Source of the DNA: Cetorhinus maximus
Taxonomy: Eukaryota
Assembly: GCF_964194155.1 (NCBI RefSeq)
Contig: NC_135893.1
Coordinates: 22,506,001 to 22,570,000 of the forward strand
Direction of reading: 5' to 3'
Length of the DNA: 64,000 nt
The notes beneath the pieces are model-generated. The model ran no database searches. It saw nothing but the letters and a program-made list of their open reading frames with translations, and was not told the origin of the DNA. Both the position numbers and the translations under genes were made by a program. This document shows, one piece after another, positions 36,364-48,899 of the stretch. Every line of letters begins with the position of its first letter. Position 1 is the first letter of the stretch.

Positions 36364-37880
36364 GTGAGTACAGCAGCAATGGTTGAAACTGTTCATTGAC
36401 TGGAAATGACACGATCGTTTGATAAGTGCCCTTGGAAGATCACAACTTTGCTTTTTATGAACGTACAAAATTGACAGCCAGGTGGTTCATCGAACCTGTC
36501 CAAGAATGCAAGAGCAAGAGTAGACCATACGGCTCATCGAGCTTGCTCTGCCATTCAGAACGATCATGGCTGATCTTGGGCTTTAACTTGATTTTCCCTC
36601 TTGGTCCCCATATTCCTCGATTCCCTGAGACCCCAAAATTTTGTATATCCCAGCCTTAAATGTATTCAATGATGGAACATCCACAACCCTCTGGTGTAGA
36701 GAATTCCAAAGATTCACAACCCTTTAAGCCCCACACAACAATGGCCAGAGCATTATTACCACATATCTCCTCTCCATAACCACCCCCCCATCACCCTCCC
36801 AACTGCTCCCACTGAGCTTCGCAACCATGTACTCTCCTGGGAGGAAAAAACCCCAGGGCCAATAAGGTTAAAAAAAAAGACTTGGAAAAATTCTTCGTCA
36901 AACCCCTGAGACAATCGAAATCAGTCTGGGAGATCACATAGACCAAGTATTTCTATAAAGACACTAGCTTATATGTCCCAGCTAAGAACAGGTTTGACTC
37001 CCTATCGAAGCACCCACCACACCAGCTGGCAATGTATTCCACCTCCTCTTCTAAAAACGCTGACTTGCTGGGGTACAGGTTCAAAGACATGGTACATGGC
37101 TGCCTATTATGTGTGAGCTCTAGGCAGTGAATGCCAACAAGCTTATTCAAGTAAACAGTGCCATAGCCAACCCCAAACTCAACTCTGTCCTTGCCTAATG
37201 TCCCTACTGTAGGGGTCACTGGACAGGGAAACCATGTGGCTGATCTTGAGGCCAGTTGTAGTGCCCCATCTCTACCCTGACTGGCTTTGCTGTATTCTCA
37301 GGGAATCAAGGGATTATGGGGAGTGAATGGGAAAGTGGAGTTTAAAGCCCAAGGTCAGCCATGATGGTATTCAGTGATGGAGCGGGCCTGATGACCCATA
37401 CGGTCTACACCTCCTATTTGCTGTGTTCTTGTACTCCCCCAATATTTCAACACATGCAGATATGCAGGTGCCATCCACCCGGCAGTGACCCACTCAATTG
37501 TCCATGGAAGTGAAGATGAGAATCTTGAAATATAAACAGAAAATGCTGGAAGTATTCAGCAGGTCAGGCAGCATCTGTGGAGAGGAACTTAGCTGGCATT
37601 TCAGGTTGATGAATTTTAATTTTTGACTCTTTGCAGCACAGGGTACCAATGGAACTTGTAAGGAAAGATGAAGGGATTATCTCCTTCCACCCTTTATTCA
37701 AAGGCCTCCTAAAGACTTTTCCCTCGGCTGTTTTTCTCAGTTTTTGGCACTGGGGCACTGAGGTTGAACATACTGTCCTCCCTCCCAACCTCAGCTCACA
37801 TAAGCTAAAAGTGTGGAATTTCATTATCTGTCGATCTGTATAACCTAGGAATGACCAATTTTTTTTCTTCCTTCTCGCAG

Positions 37881-38132
37881 CGCCTGTCAGCAAGATCTGC
37901 TGCAGACATGCTGCACCTACACCTGTGGGGGGCAGAGCTCCTCGCCTCCGCACAGATCAGTGTGGAGAAAGTTTTCGATTGGCTTCGGTGCCAGACTCTG
38001 TTCACCTTCCTGCAGGTCGCAATGAATCATGAATTATCCGTGGAGACCGAACTAAAGAGAAGCTTCTTGGCAAATATCAGCTTCGAAGAATTGAGCCTGG
38101 GACTGGATCTACTGCAACACGGGAAGGGCTGA
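37881..38132 (+). CDS. PINK1: PINK1 exon 8 (RLSARSAADMLHLHLWG...C-terminal extension, TGA)
   Basis: Long pyrimidine tract plus cag acceptor; LHLxLWG motif; stop at 38130-38132. Confidence 0.95.
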   Translation, partial: RLSARSAADMLHLHLWGAELLASAQISVEKVFDWLRCQTLFTFLQVAMNHELSVETELKRSFLANISFEELSLGLDLLQHGKG

Positions 38133-38145
38133 ATGAGTTCACATC

Positions 38146-38155
38146 AATAAATAAA
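38146..38155 (+). terminator. Candidate PINK1 polyadenylation signal (overlapping AATAAA); further AATAAA hexamers occur up to ~38405
   Basis: AATAAATAAA just downstream of the stop; the site actually used is unknown. Confidence 0.45.
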
Positions 38156-40214
38156 ACCCTAGGTTCTAAAACAGAATTTAGTTAAATTACTGCTACTAAT
38201 TAGGGATCTGGGAATAAAACTTTGCATTTAGTTCATAATTAATGAGATGAGTAAGAGCTTGACATTATGTCTAGGACTTATCCTGACCCAATAGTTAATG
38301 ATAAATAAATATCTAATGCAATCTCTCACCATACAGTACTCGACTGACATTTAAGGGAAATAAATGATTGGCTTCCATGGATCTGAAGCAGCTGGTACAA
38401 ATAAATATGTACATGTGTGATTAACCCTGTGTTTACTGTAGAATTTTACTGACCCTGCCAATCTGAAATAGAGGCCAGCTGCTATTGAGTTGTTTTTTAC
38501 ACAGCTTGTACCTTGAAGTTGAGCCCTGGAACTCAGCAGTTTTAGTTAACAAAATGAGTCCAGGGGAAAGTCCAAGGTTCACAGTGCATGACACCGTCAA
38601 GTTGTAAAGTGTATGAGAAGAACAAAGACAAATCATTAAGTAGTGGTAGGTGACACTGAGCCTAGGTTTTTAACTCCCGTAGATTGTCAGAGGAAAGGGA
38701 GACCGGGGGATGCAAGAAATTCCAGTTTTGAGATTTTGGGGAGGGAAAATTAAGTTTGTGGACATGAGATATTAATCCTGTGAGCAGGCACTGTTTGTCA
38801 TGTGCAGGTTCCATTTAGGGGAAAAAATCTAGCAAATAACAGGAACATTTTTCTGCACATCTTGCTTGTGTTTTCTGTATTGCAGCAGTTTATCTTGCAG
38901 CTAAATTAGTTACTGGGCTTGCTAAGTAGGCAGTCATGCTGATGCACAGGCATGTTTTCAGTCTGCATTTACAATGCAGTCCTGTTTAAAGTAGCTTAAA
39001 TAAACAGTACCATCTGATATTTGAACATTGATCTCATTTTCATTTCCCTCAGGCCTTTTTTTTTAGTTGCTGTTCTCTCAATCATTGATATCCAACACTG
39101 TGATCTCTCACATGAGTCAACATCAACAATTTAAATACATTTTCAGCTACGAACTAAACTTCAAAAATACTTAGTCTAGATCGATTCCATTCAAATTTGG
39201 AGATTCAATACCATCTAACATTTAAACAATAAGATGAAACACAAGATTCTGAAGGGAATTGACAGGGTAGATACTGAGAGGTTTTTTTCTTCTGGCTGGG
39301 GAATCTAGAACACTGGCAGTCTCAGGATAAGGGGCTGATCATATAGGACTGAGATGAGGAGAAATTTCTTCTCTCAAAATTTGTGAATATTTGGACTCTA
39401 CCCCAGAGGGTTGTGAATACTCCATTATTGTCTATCTTGACCTTAAATACAAGATTTTTGGTCTCAGGGAATCGAGGGATATAGGGAACATGCTGGAAAG
39501 TGGAGTTGAAGCTGAGGATCAGCCATGATTGTATTGAATAGCGGAGGAGGCCTGAAGGTTCGTAGGGTCTTCTCTTGCCCTTATGTTCTTATGATGCCTT
39601 CTATTTGTATAACGTACATACTTAATCACCTACCATCCACTCAGAAAATTACTTGCAACAATTCCCTTTCAGAAATTCCTCTTATTGTCTTTACTGCTTA
39701 AATGGCCTCCCCTTTTCCATAGCATTTATATTTTCCCCTTTCAAATTTCATATACTACAACTTTATAAGCTCCTTGTGCTCCATAAATTAAAGTTCAAAA
39801 TCCTTACTTTAGAATTTTTCCAAGGCTTTAACGTCTCTACAATGTCACCTCCTACACTGCATTCAAAAGTTTTCCAAAGATCCTTCTCTTCAACCATGCT
39901 TTTGTCCCAGCCCTGTAAAGTGCTCTGAGACATCTATGTGCAATGCACTATAGAAACAATTGTTTGTCCCCTGTCTTCTCATGCAGATAATGACTCTCAT
40001 TGTATGAGATTCCTAGGTCACTGTCAGCCCTGTGCTACCTCATCCAATTTCCAATCAAATCTTGCATGGAACATGTAGTACCAAAACATGTTATGCATGC
40101 TAAATGGTCAGTGAAAGATCACCTGTATCATTGACAAAAACTTAATTAAGTTCATAAAGGACTGTTGGGAATTGTTATTTATTTGGACAGAAACAGCCAA
40201 GTAAACATAAGCAT

Positions 40215-40615
40215 TTGGCTCTTATGGAGGTGGAAATTAGTTGGTTCAGTAAATAAAAGTGTTGCCCACTAAGCCATATAGACCAGGAAGGTTTCAGTTT
40301 CAATCATGGTCTCCCTTGAGTTAGTTCATCTCAGCTGGGATATGTGACAGGTTGTCAACGGTGCCCCTGGACTGTGGAGGCAAAAATCAGCCAGGGTTTG
40401 CGCTCCTGATCATTATAGTGACCCCAGCTTTAGAAGTACAGATGTGGAAGGCAGAAGAATACAGCAATGGACTCAGGTATATTGTTTCCTGCAATACAGT
40501 CCCCTGCTGATGATCACCATTAAGGCTCACTCATGAAGAACAGCCACTACAGTGCAGTATCACAGTGTGAGGAACTCTACTGCAGGAAGAATCAGTACCT
40601 TCAGGACAGAAGAAG
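40215..40615 (+). mobile_element. tRNA-derived SINE, AmnSINE2-like; related copies at ~10730-10900, 15510-15770, 34650-34870, 37080-37290(-), 48500-48800(-), 52560-52930(-), 62850-63160
   Basis: gccatatagaccaggaaggt..gagttagttcatctcagc..aaaaatcagccagggtttgcgctcctgatc..catgaagaacagccact; family name from recognition only. Confidence 0.6.
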
Positions 40616-41220
40616 AGATTTTTTTTTAAAATTACTCCCAAATTAGGATTACTTGGGGGTCAGAGTCAACCTTAGCTCGAGAACTTGGCATCTTGCAAAA
40701 TCGGCTGATCAGATTTCCGAAAGTCTAGCTGTGAGGGCCTTCGGGCCAGGTTGTGATTTGGTAAAGGGATATGATCTAACAACCATGGGATAATCACTCT
40801 TCACTTTGCAATCACAGAGAAAATATATTTTGAATAATGCTTTATTCAAGTCGATGTCTTTAGGAGACGAAGGAGCAAAAAGTTGTTTTTGGGTGAACTT
40901 GTGTAACTTGATGGGTATGTCACCCGGCTCTGCTTTCCTGGGCCCCTGGACAGCATGGAGACGAAGACAAGGAAGGAGACCATTCAGTCAGAGCTGGTCT
41001 GCAAATAGCTTAAGAGTGACATTGGCAGATGGATCAGGGTGGGACACTCGTCAGGACTCTCAGATTGAAAATGGGAGTTTAATCTGATGGTTTCAAAGAG
41101 AGAAAATTTCTTTAAATACATTCTGAGACCTGAGTAGGGTTGCTGTAGCGACAAAACTGAAGAGTATGAGTGGTTCAATGTTACTAGTTTAGCTGCAGCT
41201 GTCTCACTGCCAAGGTTCTG

Positions 41221-41315
41221 GGGTGGGCGGAGTTTCAGCTGGTAAACGCACTTTGACCAAAAGTGGTGTCCATTCTTATAAAACTCCTGAGATATTTCCA
41301 ACTTCCTCAGTAAGA
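41221..41315 (+). promoter_or_regulatory. AGMAT core promoter: GC box, HNF4-like site, TATAAAA, Inr-like TCAGT
   Basis: gggcgg ~41225; gcactttgacc ~41248-41258; TATAAAA 41277-41283; TCAGT 41307-41311. Confidence 0.5.
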
Positions 41316-41572
41316 ATGGAGCGGATTCTCCTGCGCTGTGCCCCCTCTCCACTGAAGGCAGGGTACCCGCGGGACTGGCTGCTGCAGACCCTGTGCCGCT
41401 GGAGCTCCTCCTCGTCTCGGTTCAACATGCCACCCAGCGCTGCCGAGGTAGCCCGGCCAGCCGGAATTTGCTCCATGATGCGCCTCCCGGTGCAGGATTC
41501 CTCGAAGGGCTTGGACGCTGCTTTTGTTGGAGTACCTCTGGACATTGGCACCTCGAACCGGCCAGGTACTAG
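41316..41572 (+). CDS. AGMAT: AGMAT (agmatinase/guanidino acid hydrolase) exon 1 with mitochondrial presequence
   Basis: MERILLRC...GICSMMRLP...GLDAAFVGVPLDIGTSNRPGTR; phase-2 gtggga donor. Confidence 0.93.
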
Positions 41573-42628
41573 GTGGGAAACACAAGCAAATCTACTGTTC
41601 TGTCACTAAAACCTGTTAATTAAGCTTCTGAGCATGCAGTTTGAGATACTCCCAATTGAGTTGCGATTTATTAATAACTCATACAAGCTTGTTCCGAATT
41701 TAGCATCAATTTAGGTACATTATTATTTCATATAGACGGTTGGCTGGGAGGCATGATGACAGCCTTCCAAGGATGAGGAGGAACAGCCTATCCAAACTTA
41801 AACCAAGAATGGGCTGAATTTTTCTTTCAAAATAACATTGAGTCTAATAGCGCTTACTGTTGTAAATAGGACAGCAACATAGAGTGAAGAGCATGTGTGA
41901 GTTTAAATGCCAATATCCAAAAGTTGTCGTTGTCGTAGGGTGGTAAATGCAGTTCAGAGGTCTGAAGAAGTCTCCATAGTCATACGTAGTTTAACTGTAA
42001 GTCTTTATTGACTCTTAGAACTATTTATAAATATGCAGTAAAGGGTACAAGAGAGGAGCTGCCTCCATGCTTGCTGGTACACACTGCTCTGTCCAACACT
42101 AGTCTGACCCTGGCTCTGGGTCATGTGCTCTCTTTCATCACTATGTAGGCAGTACTGTACTCAGTCCCACATTAACCTATATGTGCCAGACCCTTATAAT
42201 ACAGCACAGCTCCACTGTCAACATTGCAAATATGGCATTGTTTCTGCCTCACCTTTAACCTGCATTGAACATCCTGAATTTTCTGTATTTGCGTGGTGGA
42301 TATGAACTAAAGACCTTAGAAAGGTAAGTCTTGTCATTCCATGCAAAAAATTAAATAACCTAAAAATACAAGGGTAAGGCTAACTAATAGCAAATGTCTT
42401 TAAATAATCTGCGAATCATTCTTTCCAGCAACTAGCCGGGGCAGTTATCCCTGACCTGGAAGTCTTTCATGTTAGCAATAGTTGCCCAGCAATAACATCT
42501 CTCAGCTTAAAGAGAAAATGGCAAAAGAAAGTTCCAAGTTTTACATTGGCTGAAGGATTGATTCTCTTTTGCAATGTCATTATGTTCAGAATAAGGGGGA
42601 ACTCTTTCAATTCTGTTTTTACATTTAG

Positions 42629-42831
42629 ATTTGGACCCCGACATATCCGAGCAGAGTCAGCCATGGTTAGAGCCTACAATGGCAGCACCAGAGCAGCCCC
42701 TTTTGAATCTCTGATGGTGGCTGACATTGGTGACGTCAACGTGAATCTTTTTGACCTGAAGGAGAGCTGCAAGATGATCAGGAACTCTTTTAAGAAGATT
42801 GTGTCCACAGGCTGTATACCACTGACAATAG
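42629..42831 (+). CDS. AGMAT: AGMAT exon 2 (FGPRHIRAES...VADIGDVNVN...GCIPLTI)
   Basis: tttag acceptor and gtatgg donor; 203 nt. Confidence 0.96.
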
Positions 42832-42979
42832 GTATGGATTTGCATACTGACATTGGTCAGCAGCTCTTGGGGGGGAATAGAAGAGGGAATGGAATAAAAT
42901 TCAGAAAAAAGACAAAAAGAGAATTTTAAATCTTTTTACACTGCATGGCAAAATCACTAATTATGTCTGTTGTGCCTAG

Positions 42980-43028
42980 GTGGTGATCACACAATAACAT
43001 ATCCCATATTGCAGACAATGGCAGACAA
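42980..43028 (+). CDS. AGMAT: AGMAT exon 3 (GGDHTITYPILQTMAD)
   Basis: cctag acceptor and gtaagt donor; 49 nt; GGDH metal-ligand motif. Confidence 0.96.
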
Positions 43029-43483
43029 GTAAGTCTCGTTGCATGTTATTGTTATTGAAATGCATCAAACATTTTGCTAATAAATGCTGAATTCTACATA
43101 AGGAGCTATACTCTTTGCCAAACTGTCATGTACATGCCCTGGAAATGCTTGACTGGGCAGGGTAGCTGTACCATTGCTTGAAACTGTGCCATTTGTTTGC
43201 TTGAAAAAGCTGGGCTGCACTGCAGGGAAACATGTTCTACGTTTGGAATCATCCCTGATTTGCACTAAGTGTGGTAGCGGGTGGGAAAAACGACGTTTTA
43301 CCCACCGGCCAAAACAGCGGCTTCTCAGGTCGTATCGTCCCAACCCTGCCTCATTAATTATGCATTCGATGGCAGGCAGGCTCTCATTCGCCTCACCACT
43401 TCCTCACGCCGGGTGCCGTATTTAAAGTGCAGCTTCGTGCACACCTCTCAGTGCTTCCAGCCCAGGACCGCTGCACGGAAGAC

Positions 43484-45260
43484 ATGGCCTGAAAGGCAAA
43501 AAGACTGCAGCCCTCGTGTCCCTCAAGTGCCTTTTGGATGCCATAGAGGCCCACTGTGATGTTCTCTACCCACGCTCTGGCCACAGGATGGGCAGCAATG
43601 TCACCAAACTGGCCTGGGAGGCGGTGGCAGCGGTGGTCAGCGCCAAAACCCTGTAAAAGAGGACATCCAACCAGTGTCAAAAAAATGAATGATCTCCGTT
43701 CCGCCAGGGTAAGTCACTCTTCTCATCACTCTCAACTCACACACTGACAAACCCATCACACATCCACCAGGACCTCATTCACTGTCAGTTCAAGGGACAT
43801 CACCATTCACTCTCTCACACACACCTTCATTGTCCTCATCCTGCCCATGGGACCACTCACCACCCACACATGCCAGGCATACTTATCATCTGATAAAAAC
43901 AAAAAGCTAAAAGCTACTGCGGATGCTGGAAATCCAAAACAAAAACAGAATTACCTGGAAAAACTCAGCAGGTCTGGCAGCAACTTATCATCTGACCTGG
44001 CAGGTGTCCTGCTTACACTGTCTTCATCTTTATTTATGCAGGACAAGCTGGCACACAACAAGAGGGAGAAGTTCCAGACTGGTGGAGGAATGCCTGAAAT
44101 CCAGGTCCTCACAGACTTTGATAATAGAGCCATCCAGCTGGCCAGCGAGGATCTGGACCGTTCTTGTGCTGACGGTGAGGTCGGCGGTGCTGTACCAAGT
44201 GAGGATCCAGCAGTGCCGCATCCATCAGCCAACCATGCTGTGAGTGATGTGTCCTGTTTCACAGGCCACTGCCAAGCACTAATTATCTCTCCTTGCTTTC
44301 GCAGGCACATCTGGGAAACAGCCGACGGAGTCCACAATCCATGGTTTCCAATCAAGCCCTGAAGAAACCTCTGAAGAGCAATTAAAGGCACCCTCATTGA
44401 AGACCCATCACAGTGCTCACCCAGACCCTCCACCAACGCAGAGACACACACTTCGGTGGGACCTAGCTTTAGAGTAGCCCTGAGATCACAATCTGATGAG
44501 CACATTGCACTGTCTGATCCACAGCAGGCAGCAGCAGGGACTTCCCAGGTGTCTGGCACTCGAAGGACTGCTGGAGGCCAAAGATTTGCTGAGTTCAAGT
44601 CAGCTGACGAGCCTCTGGACTTGGTCATACCTCCGTTGCTAGAGCTGCAGAGGCAAGCTTGGGAACATCAGGAAGGAATGTTCCCTGCATTCCGCAAGGT
44701 ACGATGGAGGAGTCTGTCCGCCTTCAGGCTGAGATGATAGCACTGGCATGCCAATGCACTGAGGTCAACACTGGTAGATTGGCAATGCGCCATGGAGACC
44801 TTGGTCCAGGACATTGCTCCTGCATTGCTGCGCAGGCTTAACTCCATCGCTGATGCCATAGTCAGCCTCTAACAGTGTGTATGTGAGAGGGTGCGGGGAA
44901 ACTTGATCTCACTCCAGCTTCCCCTTCTCCTGAAGGAGTCAGCCAGGGCCCTAGGGCACCCATAGGGAGGAGGATCAGCAGGTGCACACCCCAGGGCCTT
45001 CCACCCAGGTAACTCCAGGAGAGTCCAGCCCATCCAACTCTCCTCTTCCTGTGACCCCAGCAGTTCCAGCTCTATAGGTCAAGGAGGATGCCACTGCCAC
45101 ACAGCAGGATCCCGAAAGCAGGCTGGACCCTCCAGGTCTTGGTCCTCCAGAGGATGCCTGCCAAGGTCATCACAGACAGCAGGCTGCCTCCACCTCCAAT
45201 GTGGATGTCCGAGGGCACCAAGACCTAGTGGCAGGGTTAGGAAGATTAAGAAGGTGTAGT
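43484..45260 (+). pseudogene. Harbinger Myb/SANT-like DNA-binding protein gene, spliced and decayed
   Basis: KKMNDL..AR|gtaagt at 43709; DKLAHNKREKFQTGGG after the acceptor at ~44041; a further acceptor at ~44304. Confidence 0.75.
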
Positions 45261-45959
45261 TGTACAGCCTGGGCATGGGTGTTAATCTCTTGTACATAAT
45301 GTTCACTATTGTAAATAAACTCTCAACAATGTCTCCCTGCCTATGGGTCCTTGTTCTGATGAGCAGTATTCCTGTCACTCAGATACTCAGATGTGAAACC
45401 ATGTGATAAAGGCAAGTGTCTCAGTCCAGGGTCTCTTCCCTGTGCTTTGTGCGGCCTTCAGACCAAAGTGATGGTCTGACTTCAAACTCCCTGGACAAAT
45501 TAGTGATGCCTGCACCTCAATGGTGCTTGTCATTGCTGCCAGAATGCCGTGGGCAGATGCCACAGAGTTCCGTCATTCTCTCTGTGTGCTCTCAGCACCT
45601 TTAAGGTGGGGCTGGGTCCCATTGCATCAGCATTTGTGTCCGGTGACGCTGTGCCCCTGAAGGGCTCAGGTGCTGAAGGCTGACAAAGGATCAAGTGCTT
45701 TTAAAGTTTCATGCCTGCATCTCTATGATATGACCCTGATCACAGAGCGCAAGCGAGCTGCCCTCAGCCACACAGAAGTCAGAGATTCTCAGAGGCTATG
45801 TGAAGATCTATGGAGTGTCCTCACTGCATGTCATCATCATCCTCCTGCAATTGGGCGACTAATAGGGCCTCCATTGGTCTCCATGACAGCAGCATTATCG
45901 CAAAGGGTATGCGCACTGCCATAAGCCAGACTGGAGTCAAATGTTCACAGGTGCAATGT

Positions 45960-47178
45960 GAGGAATAATGGACTCTCTTCACTGCATGTTGTCATCAGCC
46001 TCCACAAATCTAGCAGCTTTGAGCGCCTCCCGAGGGCACCTGCCTCATCTGGCCAATGCGAGGGCCTCACCCCCATCATCGCTGCCTTCGAGGATCTCCT
46101 CACCCTCATCCCCATCCCCATCCTCCTCATCCGAGGAGACCTCAAGCTCCTCCATCTCCTCCTCAGCCAGCTCCTCTCCCCATTGCAGTACCAAGTTGTA
46201 AAGGGCGCAGCAGAGGATGACGATGTGTGACACCCTATGTGGACTATATTGCAGGGCTCCACCACTCCGGTCCAGGCACCGGAACCTAATTTTCAGCATC
46301 CCGATGGTTTGCTCAACCAATGTGCGAGCTGCAGCATGAGCCTCATTATACCTTCGCTCTGCTAGTCTGAGGCCGACATACTGGTGATATCAGCCACATC
46401 CTCTGCTAGTAGCCCTTGTCCCCGAGGAGCCATCCCTGCAGCCTCTGTAGATCCTGGAAGATGTCAGGGATCTGTGACCAACTGAGAATGTAGGCGTCGT
46501 GGACAATCCCTGGAAACAATGCACAGACCTGCAGATCAGCGAATGGAAGCCCTTGCAGGTTGACATATTTGACCGTGTGTTGCAACGGAGATCTGAGTGG
46601 CACATGAGTGCAGTCGATGGCACCCTGCACCTGTGCGAAACCTAAGATCTGGGCAAATCCTGGCTGTCCTGGTCCTGGGTGAAATGTACAAAGTTGTGTG
46701 GCCTTGCGAAGATGGCGCCCGTGACCTCATGGATGCATTTGTGGGTGGAGGCTTATGAGATCCAACAGAGGTCACCTGTAGAGCCCTGAAAGAAGCCAAT
46801 GCCATAAAATTTGAGCGCCGCAATCACTTTCACGGCCATGGGCAGTGGATGCCCTCCATGTCCCCATGACGCCAAATCCTGCAGCAGCTGGCAGATGTGA
46901 CTGACCAGTTCCTTAGGCATGTGCAGTCTTTGACGACAGTGGTTCTTGGTCATTTGCAGGAATGAAAGGTGGCGTCTATAGACCCTGGGTCCAGCTAGGC
47001 GCTGACCAGCGATGGCTCGCTATGGCTCTTCAGCGGCATATGCGGTAGCCCCAGCTGCCCCATCTTCCTGAGGGAACTGCTCCTCCCTCTGCACAGCCAG
47101 GTGCCTCCGTCGCTCTCTTCTCCATCGTCTTTACTCTCTGTACGCCATGAATCATACAGCTTGTTCACCGGGCTCCAT
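45960..47178 (-). pseudogene. Harbinger (HARBI1-like) DDE transposase, frameshifted
   Basis: Fragments KVIAALKFYGIGFFQG, QGAIDCTHV, WLLGDKGY, VEQTIGMLKIRFRCLDRSGG and CCALYN lie in different frames; acidic tail. Confidence 0.9.
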
Positions 47179-48899
47179 GCTCCTGATGAACTCCCCCTGC
47201 AGGATGAAAGAGAGAGATGAATGGGTTAGCTTGGGTGTTCTAAGAACCTCTCTTGGTTAAGTCTGAAAGCCCTTTAACTCATCCCAGAGAGTGCTGGCCA
47301 CCACTTGGATGGCCAGAGATTAGTGCGCTGCATGGCTGCCCAAAACCCCACCCTCAGCCGCCCCACTTCACCTGACTAATTGGCGGCAGCTTTGCCCATT
47401 GGGCTGCATGCTGTGCTCTCAGCTCAGGCACAGGCATTTTCCTAACCCACACTGCAAGGCTGCACTGTTAGCTTGAACCACGGGTGAGGCTGGTCCAAAG
47501 CGGGATGATGACATTGCAAGGGGCTGTGAGCACCTCCAGCTCTGACTGCTCCATGGCCAGCTTTCGCAAGGAGATTGTACAAGGTGCCCAGCTGTTCAAC
47601 TGTTCTACAGTCCACTAAAACGTTCATTAGCTTGTAGTCTGTGCCCAAGGGGTGAAAAGCTCTGGAGCACTTGGTGGCACTTTCATGCCCTTGCGTTTCT
47701 TGAGTGGGGCAGAGAAGCTAGAGGCCGGACTCCATGCATGTCAGTGTGGCTGCGTCTGAACTGTCTCAGCTTCGGAGGAATGGTCACTTTATACAAGATT
47801 TCATGAATGCATGGCCGCTTCCCTCCCCCCGCACCTTGCACGTGCTTGTGCACTACTTTCAACCGCGGGGCAGCCCTTGCCCCCCCCCAACCCTCCAGAT
47901 CACCTCAACCACAGGGCAGCCCTTGTACCCCCCAACATGCCTCAACTTTGAAGTCCAATAGGCAACTCTCGCGAGCGCTGTGCACCATTACTGTGCACAC
48001 ACCTTCGAATTCCCCTCAAACTGCAGCCCGCCAAGTGTACGCCTTATATATGCTGTTGTGAAACACGTCGGTGTGCTCGGACAATCCAATGTGGAGGGAA
48101 GATTCTGACGGGCTGGCCTTATAATATGCAGGTGTATTACAGTGAGGCTCCTGATGTCCGATGGCGGGAAACATGGCCTGCCATTGACGGACTGAATGGA
48201 CGATTGCAAACTGGTTTCACGGCATCGTGAAACCAATTTTTGGCCTTCTTGCCCTATTGTCCGCTCACGCCGCCAAAAACGCCTGACTCCAGCCGGCATG
48301 GAAAATTCCACCCTTCATGTGAGTTAGTGCGAAAAGTCAGTAATGGTAAAAAGACAGCAAATTTGGTTTCAAACAAGGTTAAACATTTTAAAACAGACTT
48401 GCACAGAAAATGGAAAGATGCAGCTGAATGTTCAAAATGATTTTACTCTTCAACTTTCTCCCCTGTGCCTCTCCTGAATGTTGCAACCGTTGACCATCAT
48501 TTTGGCGGCTTTCGGCCTTTCTCTGTTTCATCTGTGGCCATTACTTATTATGAGCAAGGAACGGCTGTTCCTCCATGAGCAGCAGCACAGTTGATTGGAT
48601 CTTGACCAGACCTCTTCCTACATGTGCTTCCAGCAGGAGTGAGTGAATAATGATCAGGATCGAAACAGTGCCTGATATGTGATCATTGCATCACGGCTAC
48701 TGCTTCCCAGCAGTTAACTCTGCACAGAGCATAGATTGAATTTGTGACCTTCATGGAGCATTGGACTTAGGTACTCGCCAGATAAAAGTCACTGAACTGT
48801 GTTGTAAGAACTGGCACAGAAGGTGAAGTTAAAGAAAATTCCTGGAAGGATAAAATTAAGAAGCAGTTCAAAAGAATAGATTAGATGACATAGTTTTTA

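Larger units (their letters stand above)
43241..48313. mobile_element. Near full-length decayed PIF/Harbinger DNA transposon in AGMAT intron 3
   Basis: Convergent Myb/SANT gene (+) and HARBI1-type transposase (-); short imperfect TIRs (gtttggaatcatccc ... ggaaaattccaccc). Confidence 0.88.

Noticed and set aside
43951-44628. 225-aa minus-strand ORF
   Set aside because: Antisense shadow of the Harbinger Myb/SANT gene; no recognisable domain
45960-47178. Domesticated HARBI1 gene
   Set aside because: Multiple frameshifts, and it is enclosed by transposon termini together with its partner gene
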